From positions 288,001-352,000 of the forward strand of contig CBDANF010000003.1 of the NCBI GenBank assembly GCA_965197475.1: a stretch of DNA of 64,000 bases. The letters run 5' to 3'. Made by a program: the position numbers and the translations under genes. The notes under the pieces were generated by a model. It ran no database searches. It worked only from the letters and a program-made list of their open reading frames with translations, and was not told the origin of the DNA. Below are positions 10,863 through 20,822 of this stretch, one piece after another. Numbering within the stretch: the first letter of the stretch is position 1; the number at the start of each line of letters is the position of its first letter. Source of the DNA: Candidatus Poribacteria bacterium. GTDB lineage: Bacteria; Poribacteria; WGA-4E; WGA-3G.

Positions 10863-12176
10863 CTAAGCCAAGACACCCCGGATCGGTCGTCCGCCTCTTG
10901 AAAGGACAATACGGACACCATCAGGAGATTCAATGCTCTGATTATAATCAATACCGAGACTCTGATAGATAGTGGCTGACAAATCTTCAGGTCGGACGGG
11001 TGTTTCGGCGGGTTCCATTCCAAAGGGATCGGATGCACCGACAATCTGTCCACCGTTAACACCGCCACCCGCTAACATCATAGAGAAAACGCGGGAGTGG
11101 TGATCACGCCCACCGTTTCGGTTGATGACAGGGGTTCTACCGAATTCACCCATGGCGAGTACCAGTGTGCTTTCAAGTAGTCCACGTTCGGAAAGATCGT
11201 TAATCAGGGTCGCCATTGTCTGGTCAAAAGCATTAAGTTTCCCCGGCAAGGATGAGAAGATATTGTTGTGGTTATCCCAACCGCCATTGCTGACAGTGAC
11301 GAAATTTACGCCCGCTTCAACAAGTCTTCGTGCAAGGAGACAGCTTTGTCCAAATGTGTCTCGACGATACGCATCGCGCGCCTTTTTGGGTTCTTTTGAA
11401 AGATCAAATGCGGCGCGAGCATCCTCGGAACTCATCAGGTTGTAAGCAGCGTTATAGAAATTATCCATGGCTTCAACCCTTGGATTCCCTGCTTCGTATT
11501 TCTTGAAAGCATTATCAACGGCTTGACGCAAGTTCTTTCGGTTTTCAACGCGTTCAAAAGAGACACCTCTCGGTGGTTCCATATCGCGCACCTTGAAATT
11601 GTTGCTTGCTGGGTTGCCATCTGGAGAGAACGGCGCAAGCGAGGCACCTAAGAACCCACCACCGGCATAAGCAACAGGTGACGGAATGGCGATGTAAGGT
11701 GGCAAAGCACTCCGCTGTTCTTTGAGTTTAGAAACAACGGCACCGTGACCAGGAACTGCAAAGCCGGGCAAAGGTTGATAACCTGTTATCATATAATGGG
11801 TGCCACGCTCATGAGCAGCTTCCGGTGAGGTCATTGAACGGATAATACAAAGCTTATCTGCTTGTTTTGCAAGCCTCGGCATGTGTTCACTAATCTGAAC
11901 ACCGTTGGCGTTTGTGGAAATAGGTTTGAACAGACCACGGATCTCTTCAGGCGCATTGGGTTTGAGATCCCACATATCAAGATGGCTTGGACCGCCGCCT
12001 AACCATACAAGAATAACCGATTTGGCTGTACCTGGTTTGGCAGTAGGCTCCGCTATCGCTTTAAGACGGAAAAAGTCTGTGAGACCGAAGCCGAAAAGTC
12101 CTAAGACACCAGCTTTAATTAGGTCTCTGCGATAAAATCCTTCACAGTCTGTGTTTGTGCAGTCTCTTTGAGGCAT
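10863..12176 (-). CDS. DUF1501 family protein
   Basis: Tat-like 'RRDLIK', 'WLGGGPSHLDMWDLKP', 'CLLARRLVEAGVNFV', 'GWDNH', 'GEFGRTP..N..GGRDH'. Confidence 0.95.
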   Translation of the reverse strand: MPQRDCTNTDCEGFYRRDLIKAGVLGLFGFGLTDFFRLKAIAEPTAKPGTAKSVILVWLGGGPSHLDMWDLKPNAPEEIRGLFKPISTNANGVQISEHMPRLAKQADKLCIIRSMTSPEAAHERGTHYMITGYQPLPGFAVPGHGAVVSKLKEQRSALPPYIAIPSPVAYAGGGFLGASLAPFSPDGNPASNNFKVRDMEPPRGVSFERVENRKNLRQAVDNAFKKYEAGNPRVEAMDNFYNAAYNLMSSEDARAAFDLSKEPKKARDAYRRDTFGQSCLLARRLVEAGVNFVTVSNGGWDNHNNIFSSLPGKLNAFDQTMATLINDLSERGLLESTLVLAMGEFGRTPVINRNGGRDHHSRVFSMMLAGGGVNGGQIVGASDPFGMEPAETPVRPEDLSATIYQSLGIDYNQSIESPDGVRIVLSRGGRPIRGVLA

Positions 12177-12562
12177 AGGGTCCTCCTAATATTTGGTTAG
12201 CAGTTATCTCGTAATGTTGAACTTTCTTTTATTCACAAACGTTGTGGCATATTACATCGGAGGGTTTTATCTTGGTAATGATGCAAGATTCGGAGCGGAA
12301 AACCTTCCTAACCGCACTTCACGATGAGAAATTGTTTAATTATATCTTATTAAAAAGGTTAAGTCAAGGGAAAAATACAAAAAGTGTGCAAAATTTTGAC
12401 ACTCAATACTAAATGTCTTTGGTAAAGTATTTCAATTTAAACTTTTGCCCCTACGAAACAGATTCCAACCAATTAATAGCAGCCTATTCGTCTTGCTCAA
12501 TAGCGATTTCAATGGCGCGCTTGGCATTTGCCGCCTCTTACAACTTTCTTTGTGAGAATTTC

Positions 12563-14029
12563 CTACAATCTTTGCCGAAGTTTGAGGATTTTGAGCCAAT
12601 TTTGTGCTTTAGGTATACTGGTATCAAGCGGCTCTTTCATTTCAAAACATTCGGTTTGTCCTGCATAGATGTGGTGCCAGTCAACAATACACGGCATTTT
12701 TTGTTTTTTAAGGTTTCGCATAAGATACCCGCGAACCCTTGCGCGCGTGTTACGAGGTGCGTTGCTAATGGCATGACTAATTTGTTGGTCTGTAATCACC
12801 CGTCTCATACACCCTTCGCTTTGAAGCGCGTAGAAGATACTGCTTTCAGGGTCAATATTGTGGTATTCTAAATCAAGGCTTTTGAGCCACGGATCATCCC
12901 AAGTCAACTCCTCTTCGTCGACTAAAGCGTCAAGAAACCATTTTTTCGCTGCCCAATCAAGCCGTGTTGTGAGTCGTGTCCAATCTGTTTCCAGGTCATT
13001 GAGGACAGTTTCCCATTCAGCGAGAATCCACGCAGCAGTTTCATCAGGTTGAGTTATCATGTTTTGGACAAAATTGAGATATTCGCGTTGAACGTCAATG
13101 GCAGAAACAGTTCTACCGTTCTGCAGATCAACCTGCCATGCAAAGGTAGTGTCTCGTGAAATATGCCGAATAGCAGCGATAGGGTCTGTAAGATCAAGAT
13201 TCGGGATCGGAAGTTTTTCACCATGAATTTCATAATGTATCTCAATGGCATCAAGGATGAGCGCAGTTGTGCCGACTTTGAGCGCAGTCGCATACTCCGA
13301 CATGTTGGAGTCGCCCACGAGAAGATGGAGTCTGCGGTATTTTGTATAATCACTGAGCGGTTCATCGCGCGTATTGATGATAGCTCTGCTAAACTGAATC
13401 CATTCATAGATTTCAGTGACGATGTGGTCAGCCCGTTGGGATATTTGGTATCCGATAAAGTCGTCAGTGCTGTATTGCCCATCTCCAAATTCAAGGATGT
13501 CATCGTATCCGCCGACCCTTCCTGTGCCAGCGTAAATCTGTCGCGTCACAAAGAAAGGGAGCAGGGTTGGGATGACGATCTTATAGAAGGGGACATCGCG
13601 TCGCGCCTGAAAGTTCTCATGGCATCCAAAAGTTGCACCTGTAAAATGGTCTATGTTGTTTTTGTAGAAGACGACGTGTGCGGAAAGACCGGTGTCTTGT
13701 AAAATCGCTGTGATGACGTGTTCAATGGCTTTATCGTAAGCGATGAGGTCAAAGAGGCTCCCGCACTCCGGTGTTGCGTATTCAAGATGCCCCATGTCTA
13801 TGTAGAGTCTACCACCGTTAAAGAGGAAACCACCATTGCCGGGAGGTTCGCCCCAGTCACGATAGTGCAGATCGGGGATACCGAGTTCAAGTGTTTTGAA
13901 GACATGGTCTCTGACGCGAGCAGCGATACCTTCAGGTGATACTTTGATACGTTGTGTCTGCATCGCCTGAGACTGAATCATGCACCCAAATTCAGTTTCG
14001 ATTCCCATTATTCTGTGTGTCACGGGCAT
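12563..14029 (-). CDS. pafA: Pup/UBact-protein ligase PafA homolog
   Basis: 'RIMGIETEFG', 'NGGRLYIDMGHLEYATPEC', 'GCHENF', 'INTRDEPL', 'RRLHLLVGDSNMSE'; distal position in the proteasome operon. Confidence 0.88.
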   Translation of the reverse strand: MPVTHRIMGIETEFGCMIQSQAMQTQRIKVSPEGIAARVRDHVFKTLELGIPDLHYRDWGEPPGNGGFLFNGGRLYIDMGHLEYATPECGSLFDLIAYDKAIEHVITAILQDTGLSAHVVFYKNNIDHFTGATFGCHENFQARRDVPFYKIVIPTLLPFFVTRQIYAGTGRVGGYDDILEFGDGQYSTDDFIGYQISQRADHIVTEIYEWIQFSRAIINTRDEPLSDYTKYRRLHLLVGDSNMSEYATALKVGTTALILDAIEIHYEIHGEKLPIPNLDLTDPIAAIRHISRDTTFAWQVDLQNGRTVSAIDVQREYLNFVQNMITQPDETAAWILAEWETVLNDLETDWTRLTTRLDWAAKKWFLDALVDEEELTWDDPWLKSLDLEYHNIDPESSIFYALQSEGCMRRVITDQQISHAISNAPRNTRARVRGYLMRNLKKQKMPCIVDWHHIYAGQTECFEMKEPLDTSIPKAQNWLKILKLRQRL

Positions 14030-14120
14030 ATTCCCCTTTTTTCAATCGGCTATGGATAAGAGCACTATGTCTATAGAAAGGCGGCAACTTTGGTTATTTT
14101 AGATTCGACTATAAAATTTG

Positions 14121-14573
14121 TTAGTTGAATTCAATTTCAAGGATTGCATGGCTCCAAATCTTCCACATACCATTCTCTTCACGAAAAACATGAATTGTAT
14201 CAAGAATGTTATCATTGAATTCCGGTCCAGCCACTTGTTCCGTGGAAAACTTAAATCTGGCGACTGCGTACTCACCATCCTGTCCAATATATCGGAATAG
14301 GAGTAGATCATAATTTAGATCGTAAGTTCCAAACAGAATATTAGCAGTTTTTTCCGTCTGTGAGTAACCGGGAGATTCGGAATGTAGTGTCCCCAACATA
14401 GCATCCAGATCCTCCGTTCTTGTTGCTCTCAGGTTTTCTATTACTAACGCCTTGAGTTCTGCCTCAACATCTTCGTCGGCATCTGCCACAAAATCAGCAT
14501 TTTCAGGTGAGAATGCTACAAAATACAAACACAGAAGTAACATAATTGAGATAGCAGCATAAAACATTTTCAT
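14121..14573 (-). CDS. Membrane-anchored/secreted NTF2/SnoaL-like protein
   Basis: GAGGAG before ATG 14573; hydrophobic N-terminus; 'EDLDAML..LH', 'FREENGMWKIW'. Confidence 0.65.
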   Translation of the reverse strand: MKMFYAAISIMLLLCLYFVAFSPENADFVADADEDVEAELKALVIENLRATRTEDLDAMLGTLHSESPGYSQTEKTANILFGTYDLNYDLLLFRYIGQDGEYAVARFKFSTEQVAGPEFNDNILDTIHVFREENGMWKIWSHAILEIEFN

Positions 14574-14758
14574 AATTGGCACTCCTCAAAATTTTTGGTC
14601 ATATAATACAAATTAACTGGATTATTAGTTTTCTGATAAGGTCAGCATTGCAAGGAGGACCCAGAGACCTCGCGGGACAAATCGCGTTAATTCGGTATAA
14701 GGTAATTATTCAGCCCCATTGACAGCGAGTTTACAAAACACTCCTAACGCAGTTTATA

Positions 14759-14897
14759 ATAACGTGAGTTTGGTAAAAACGAGACTTCGTGCTTCTCGTA
14801 GGGGCGAGCTCCCCTCGCCCGTAGGGGTTAGGCAACCTAACCCCTACGAAAATGTCCGCATATTTTTAGAATGTGCCATATATCAAACTCACGTTAT
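14759..14897. mobile_element. MITE/REPIN-like element with 17-bp terminal IRs enclosing GTAG hairpins
   Basis: ataacgtgagtttggta ... tatcaaactcacgttat (16/17 match); internal gtaggggcgagctcccctcgccc and gtaggggttaggcaacctaacccctac. Confidence 0.65.
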
Positions 14898-14961
14898 AAT
14901 ATGATGGGTTCTACTATAGTTTTTAGTGGTGCAACTTATTGCGCAAATGTGCTATGAGAAG

Positions 14962-15735
14962 TTAATCTGCTGCATCGCGTGATCCCTGAATCTCATCATG
15001 CGTTAGGATACGGAATTTGGTGTCTCCAGGTAGGGAGCTATCTAATATACCAGCCTCAATTTCTCCATTCTCTAATTCAGTTTTAATAATTTCGTCTATC
15101 TGTTCGTCTGTTACTTCGGTGTTGTCTTCAGCATCTTCAGAACGTTGGCTTAGTCCTCTACCGACTGCCCATGTTTTGAGTGCCAACTGAAGCGCGTCTG
15201 TAAGGTCGCGTCCCGTATCAGATTGCGCGGCAGCGAGATAGTTTTGCATTGCGTTTTCGATTTCCATGGTGCCGCCAATTACTGCTGAGTCGTGTTGGAC
15301 TTTAACGTTACCATCATAGTTGATATGTGTAAATTGTGTTATGGCATCGCCATTGCCGATTTCAACGAGAAGCATTTTGATAATATATGCTTCACCGACG
15401 ATGGCTTCGAACGCTTGTTTGAAGGTGTGCGCCAAAACATAATGTGTTAATCGGTGCAGGTTTACATCTTCGGTCGCGCTCTGGAAAGCTTGGACGCTTG
15501 CAGTGTCGGTAACAAGCATTCGGAGACGTTCAATGTCGGCAGGGTGTCCGATGGCGGAGAGAGCAATTCGGTCATGAACTTCAAATATTTTTTGAGCACC
15601 TTTGGTAACAGTCAACAAGAGGCTGCCTTGTGCGTAAGGTAGTCCAACAACAGGACTTCCGAGTCTAAGTTGGTCTTCTATGTAGTCGCGCCGGTCCTGA
15701 ATTGCTTCAATCCAACGGTACGGCAGATCGCGCAT
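14962..15735 (-). CDS. prcA: 20S proteasome alpha subunit
   Basis: 'QKIFEVHDRIALSAIGHPADIERLR'; ATG overlaps the prcB stop (TAATG). Confidence 0.92.
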   Translation of the reverse strand: MRDLPYRWIEAIQDRRDYIEDQLRLGSPVVGLPYAQGSLLLTVTKGAQKIFEVHDRIALSAIGHPADIERLRMLVTDTASVQAFQSATEDVNLHRLTHYVLAHTFKQAFEAIVGEAYIIKMLLVEIGNGDAITQFTHINYDGNVKVQHDSAVIGGTMEIENAMQNYLAAAQSDTGRDLTDALQLALKTWAVGRGLSQRSEDAEDNTEVTDEQIDEIIKTELENGEIEAGILDSSLPGDTKFRILTHDEIQGSRDAAD

Positions 15736-16607
15736 TATGTAGCCTCCACGTAACAATCTTTTAAGTATTCTTCAGCGAGTGTTTCAACTCCCTGTCTGGT
15801 GATAGTTTTGACAGTCGGAAAAATTTCGGCTTTCGCGTTGTATCCGCTGGTTGCTGCGTCATATTCACTTGCTGTATCAAGCATCCTTAAAATGGTGATG
15901 GTTGCCTGTCGTTGATCCATATTTTCCAACCGAGTTTCACCCCATCTGTCAAGGTAACGTAATACGCCACGGATCCAGATCGAACCGGAACCAGTTGTAG
16001 CGAAATCCACGTTCTCAAAGTGTGCGCCGAGTGCGTCGTAGAAGTAGATTTTACCGCCGTTCTCAGCTTCATCAGTATACGGTGCGTACAAAGCAAAGAT
16101 AGGGATAACCGCACCAATACCTTGCATTGCCATGGGGAGATTTTCACGGATAAGGCGCGAAAGGGTTCGGAGTTTTCCTTCTACGCTGAGTTCTTGGAGT
16201 TGACTTCGGCGGAAATATTGGAAAGAATGTTTTAAAACGCGTGCTATTTCATAAGCGGTCGCTGGTGCCCCAGATATCGCGAGAACAGAATGTGTGTCAA
16301 TCGGAAGGACTTTCTCAGCGCGGTCATGAACAACGGAGGTGCCGGCAGTTGCGCGCCGATCCCCTGCGATGATAATACCTTTTTTGTAACGCATAGCGAT
16401 AACCGTAGTAGCTTCCGTTAACTCAAACGTGGCACCTTGGGTTGGTTTTCCCTGCAATGGCAACTGAAAAGCATCACGCATTGGGTTTTTTGTGCCTTGA
16501 AAAATATCGTACGTTTCAGTTTCCGAGGTGCCGCGAGTCACTTCAGCATCAACTTGCAAGGTGTCAGCGTGTTTTAAAAGGCTGAGAAAGTCGCCTTTAG
16601 GGTTCAT
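15735..16607 (-). CDS. prcB: 20S proteasome beta subunit with propeptide
   Basis: Propeptide then TTVIAMRYKKGIIIAGDRRATAG (Ntn Thr1), 'TTGSGS', 'YDAATSG'. Confidence 0.93.
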   Translation of the reverse strand: MNPKGDFLSLLKHADTLQVDAEVTRGTSETETYDIFQGTKNPMRDAFQLPLQGKPTQGATFELTEATTVIAMRYKKGIIIAGDRRATAGTSVVHDRAEKVLPIDTHSVLAISGAPATAYEIARVLKHSFQYFRRSQLQELSVEGKLRTLSRLIRENLPMAMQGIGAVIPIFALYAPYTDEAENGGKIYFYDALGAHFENVDFATTGSGSIWIRGVLRYLDRWGETRLENMDQRQATITILRMLDTASEYDAATSGYNAKAEIFPTVKTITRQGVETLAEEYLKDCYVEAT

Positions 16608-16804
16608 TATTCCCCCGTTCTTTGACGGTATCGCCGAGATTGGTCTTTGTCAACACGGCGCATACGTTTGAGGAGTTCTTGCGTGTCCGGTCTATTGACA
16701 TCAGGACGCTTGGGTGCGTTGCTGTCGTCGCCACCATCGCCGGGTTCAACCGGTTTTACTGGTCGCTGTTTGCGTTCGGGGAAATAGGCAATCTGGTCTT
16801 TCAT
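16607..16804 (-). CDS. ubact: Ubiquitin-like modifier UBact
   Basis: 65 aa, disordered; C-terminus 'ELLKRMRRVDKDQSRRYRQRTGE' matches the UBact R(S/T)G(E/Q) end; occupies the pup position between dop and prcB. Confidence 0.92.
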   Translation of the reverse strand: MKDQIAYFPERKQRPVKPVEPGDGGDDSNAPKRPDVNRPDTQELLKRMRRVDKDQSRRYRQRTGE

Positions 16805-16858
16805 CAGAAATTCTCCTTAATTTGCTTTGTAGAGGCAGTTTCTGGCTTACAAGCCGGG

Positions 16859-18376
16859 TTAGGGTAAACCAAGTTTTTCAACGAGAGTTTGGGGATTAGG
16901 GGATAAGTCAAGAGCTTCATTATATTTTCGTGCGATTTCAGGGTTTGCGAGCGAGTTCATATTAACGGTAACGGACTTACCTTTAATCTCAAAGGTAATG
17001 CTGTCCCATTGAACAGTTTTGATTGAGTCCTCAAACTTGTTGAGGGATTTGCCACGGAAATAAGCGCGTGTGTCCAGTGGAGGTGTGTGAGTAGCGGTAT
17101 GGATCTGTTCATCCGTCACAACCCGTTGCATCTGTAATCCGTAGAATAAACCTTCTTCAAGGTTAATGTTATGGTATTCTAAATCAATGCTTTGCAGCCA
17201 AGGATCGTCCCACGCAATTTCTTCTGATTCAACAAAGGTTTCCAGCAACCACTTTTTTGCAACCCAATCAAGTCGGTCTGTAAGAACCATCGGGTCATTT
17301 TCAAGTGCGTCAAGTGTTTCCTCCCACTGTGTTAACACCCAATCGGTGTCGCTATTTTGGTGTGTGAGATGTTTTTGAGCAAGCGCAAGATACTCGCGTT
17401 GATGGTCAATAGCACTAATTATTTTGCCATCAACTTTCTGTAGAATCCATTGATACGTCTGGTCGTGCGAAATCGTTTTGATGGTATCAATCGGGTTTGC
17501 GATTGCGAATGTCGTAGGGATAAGCCGCTGTTCAATCAGGTCAATAACAAGAGCGGTTGTGCCGATCTTGAGTGCCGTGGCATATTCGGACATGTTTGCG
17601 TCACCGACGATTCCGTGAAGTCTGCGGTATGTAGCAGGGTCAGCGTGCGGTTCGTCCCGTGTGTTGACAATAGGACGTTTGTGCATTGTATCCACACTCG
17701 CTTCAACGTGAAAGAAATCCGAGCGTTGTGTGAGTTGGAAATGTCCGGGTGTTGCGAGGCCTGCTTCGGTTTCAATGCCTATCTTACCTGCCCCCGCGAA
17801 AATTTGTCGCGTGACGAAAAACGGCAGGATGCAAGCTTTGAGGTAATCAAAAGGCACTTCGCGCGCCATGAGATAGTTATCGTGGCATCCGTAACTATGC
17901 CCGTAAAAATCAGTATTGTTTTTGTATAGGATGACGCGTTGCCCAAGTTCTTCACTACGGCTTTCAGCACATTTCTGGAGTATCCGTTCACCGGCTTTGT
18001 CGTGTGCGACCAGGTCAAAAAGACTTTGACATTCCGGTGTTGAATATTCCGGATGCGCGTGGTCATTATAAAGCCTGGCACCGTTGATAAGGATGCGGTC
18101 ACTTTTAATCTCCCGAAAGGAACGTCCCGGTTGCTTGGCAAATCGCTCGCGGTCGCGTTTTTCTTCCTCTACTTCATCGGGATGATTATTGAGATGTTTT
18201 GCTCGGAAACCACGTTCATCTCGAAACGGATCTTCGCCATTGTAATCCCAGAGCGGCAAGAACGGGTCGCGCCGATAATTCTTTATCAGATCAATGGATT
18301 CCTTGACGGTATCGATCTGTTCAGCGTTTTCAAGGGTGATGCCGTATTCGGTTTCGATTCCAAAAAGTCTGTGCAT
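16859..18376 (-). CDS. dop: Depupylase/deamidase Dop (PafA2) homolog
   Basis: 'LFGIETEYGI', 'NGARLYNDHAHPEYSTPEC', 'YKNNTDFYGHSYGCHDNYL', 'NTRDEPHAD'. Confidence 0.9.
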   Translation of the reverse strand: MHRLFGIETEYGITLENAEQIDTVKESIDLIKNYRRDPFLPLWDYNGEDPFRDERGFRAKHLNNHPDEVEEEKRDRERFAKQPGRSFREIKSDRILINGARLYNDHAHPEYSTPECQSLFDLVAHDKAGERILQKCAESRSEELGQRVILYKNNTDFYGHSYGCHDNYLMAREVPFDYLKACILPFFVTRQIFAGAGKIGIETEAGLATPGHFQLTQRSDFFHVEASVDTMHKRPIVNTRDEPHADPATYRRLHGIVGDANMSEYATALKIGTTALVIDLIEQRLIPTTFAIANPIDTIKTISHDQTYQWILQKVDGKIISAIDHQREYLALAQKHLTHQNSDTDWVLTQWEETLDALENDPMVLTDRLDWVAKKWLLETFVESEEIAWDDPWLQSIDLEYHNINLEEGLFYGLQMQRVVTDEQIHTATHTPPLDTRAYFRGKSLNKFEDSIKTVQWDSITFEIKGKSVTVNMNSLANPEIARKYNEALDLSPNPQTLVEKLGLP

Positions 18377-18440
18377 TATTCGCGTCTTTCTATGGTATTC
18401 AGACAGTAATATGATTGAATCTACGGTGAAAGGTGAAGAA

Positions 18441-20222
18441 TTAAATCACTGGGCTCGGTGCTCTCCGAGGCTCCTTCTTTTCAGACTGAATAGGTGTAAT
18501 TTTGACAACATTTACGGGATCATAATCAAGGAGTTTAAGCCAATCCTCAGTAGCCTCTGTCGGTGGGAAAATGTCGTTTTCACTATATTCTGCATTGAGT
18601 GCGTCCAAAAGATCATTTATGGAGATGCCGGTCTCAGTAGTCGGGTCTGCGATTGCTCGTTTCATGGCAGATTCTTTTGCTCTCTGAACAATAGACTCAA
18701 TAATCGCACCACTACAGAGATGACCGCGGTAGAGAATGTCTCGCCTACCATTGCGGAGCGCGACTTCAAGGAATCGGTTTTCAGCTGTTTCGCGATACAT
18801 TTCATCAACGACCTGTGTTATCAAACCGTCAACGACCTCTTCGTCTGCGGTTTCACCCGGTTCCGTTTCAATGGGAAGTTCTGGGGTTAGGTAGATACTG
18901 AAAATATCCTTGGCAGCGTCTTTATTCGGACGAGTTACTTTGATTTTTCTGTCAATTCGTCCCGGACGAAGGACAGCCGGATCAATTAAGTCGGGTCTGT
19001 TGGTTGCCAAAATGATGACAACCTCTTGCAACGGCTCAATACCGTCCATTTCTGCACAGAACATCGGTACGAGTGTGTTAGAGATACTATGTGACCGCAT
19101 AGCGCGGCGGGTTCCCAAAATGGATTCTGCTTCATCAATAAAGACAAATGCCAGTTTGCCTTCAGCGCGTTTTTCTCGTGCTGCCTGAAAGATTTCTCTG
19201 ACCTTCCGCTCCGATTCACCCAACCACATATTGAGAATTTCAGGACCTTTAATATGAAGAAAGGTGCCTTCAATCTCTTCTCCTGTCTCTGTTTTGAGGC
19301 GTTCGGTTAAGTTGTAAGCAGTCGCTTTTCCAATAAGGGTTTTACCGCAACCGGGAGGACCGTGGAGAAGAAACCCTTTCGGTACAGTATACTGAAACCG
19401 CTTGAAAAGTTTAGGATGCAAAATTGGTTGTTCAATAGTATTCTTAATTCGCTGGATAGTTTCGTCAAGTCCGCCAATCTTCGTCCATGGAATTTGCGGC
19501 ACTGCTTCAAGCGCGTAGTCGTTGTGTTCTTTTGAGGCGATCCGTTCAATGGCAACTTTTAAACTGGCATCAAGGCGGACTTCGTCACCGGACTTTAACT
19601 TGACATCTGCCAGGTCGGCAGCGCGTTCTATAATAACGGATTGAAGACTCGGTTCAGACCCAACGCGTAGCCTGCCATCAGGAAGGACCTCGGCAATTTT
19701 AGCAATTGGTCCCGATTCTGTATAGCCAAGTTCCCCCACAACAACAAAAGCTTCGTTAAGGAGCACGCTAACACCTTTTTTGAGGTTTTTTGTGTCTAAT
19801 TGCTGGTCAACATTAGCATAGTATTCGGAGCCGCTAACAGTGACGCGCGCTGTATCGTCTTTGGGTATTGCGAGAAGAGTTCCAATGCGGTTTGCTGGTT
19901 CAGTCAGTTTATCAATTTGTTCTACCATCTCATCGCGTATGCGGATTGCTTCCTGCTCAACGGCTCGGACCCTTTGCCGAAATTCACCTTCATCATTGAT
20001 GATGGAGCGGCGCAGTTCTACTAACATCCGTCGTCTACGGTCTTCCACAGGAGTTTCTGAGATGATGAGATGAATCAGTCGCAGGGAATAGCCGGAACTT
20101 GCCTTGTCTTCATCAATATTCTCATCTTCATCCTCATCCAGTTCCAACTCATCCTCGTCTTCAAAAAAATCATGCTCGTCGGGACCCACGCCAACATCGC
20201 TAAACGTCTTCTTATCGTACAT
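18441..20222 (-). CDS. arc: Proteasome AAA ATPase ARC/Mpa
   Basis: AGGAGA before ATG 20222; coiled coil and OB interdomain; Walker A GPPGCGKT, 'IKGPEILNMWLGESERKVR', Walker B FIDEAES, 'ATNRPDLIDPAVLRPGRIDRKI'. Confidence 0.92.
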   Translation of the reverse strand: MYDKKTFSDVGVGPDEHDFFEDEDELELDEDEDENIDEDKASSGYSLRLIHLIISETPVEDRRRRMLVELRRSIINDEGEFRQRVRAVEQEAIRIRDEMVEQIDKLTEPANRIGTLLAIPKDDTARVTVSGSEYYANVDQQLDTKNLKKGVSVLLNEAFVVVGELGYTESGPIAKIAEVLPDGRLRVGSEPSLQSVIIERAADLADVKLKSGDEVRLDASLKVAIERIASKEHNDYALEAVPQIPWTKIGGLDETIQRIKNTIEQPILHPKLFKRFQYTVPKGFLLHGPPGCGKTLIGKATAYNLTERLKTETGEEIEGTFLHIKGPEILNMWLGESERKVREIFQAAREKRAEGKLAFVFIDEAESILGTRRAMRSHSISNTLVPMFCAEMDGIEPLQEVVIILATNRPDLIDPAVLRPGRIDRKIKVTRPNKDAAKDIFSIYLTPELPIETEPGETADEEVVDGLITQVVDEMYRETAENRFLEVALRNGRRDILYRGHLCSGAIIESIVQRAKESAMKRAIADPTTETGISINDLLDALNAEYSENDIFPPTEATEDWLKLLDYDPVNVVKITPIQSEKKEPRRAPSPVI

Positions 20223-20416
20223 TGTGAACGTCTCCTCATACAGAAGGGGTGACTTTACGATAGTTTTTACCACATTCTAATCTATTTTGCTAATTTTATC
20301 GCATGTTAGCAAATGTAATCAACGATTCTTGATTTTTTAGCAGATTCTGCTAAAAAGTTGACTCAACTGCGGTAATTGTCATTAGTTTAACATATTTCTA
20401 AAATCGATGCAAGTTA

Positions 20417-20452
20417 AATAGTTGGTTGTTTCGCAATAGTTGGTTGTTTCGC
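20417..20452. repeat. 18-bp perfect tandem repeat in the arc/rplM divergent intergenic region
   Basis: aatagttggttgtttcgc x2. Confidence 0.7.
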
Positions 20453-20729
20453 AAATTTGTTCTGCCTGTAATCCTTATCTGTCTTAAAATGTAAAAGAGA
20501 CCATCGTAAAGTTTGTGCAGTTTATCATGTATTATTATACGATGCAAGTTAAAAGGACTTTTTAACTTGGTTTTTGTTGCGATTTACGGAGTTTTTTGGA
20601 GACAAGTGATAAGAGACGCACAATGAATTGCGCGACGACAAACGCAGCAGCCTAAAAGATAAGGGCCCGTGAAGCGCGTCACTAACCTATGGTGAAAGAT
20701 CAAAAATTATAAACACACCTCATTTAATT

Positions 20730-20759
20730 TTGACAAGCCACCCTTTATTATAGTATAAT
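20730..20759 (+). promoter_or_regulatory. sigma70-type promoter of rplM-rpsI
   Basis: TTGACA-18 nt-TATAAT. Confidence 0.8.
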
Positions 20760-20822
20760 ACATTATGCATGTGAGCAAATAACATTTGGAAATGTCAGCA
20801 TTTCCCGAAAAGGTCAAGAATT

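Noticed and set aside
16607-16804. Calling the modifier Pup
   Set aside because: It ends in RTGE, not GGE/GGQ, which fits UBact.
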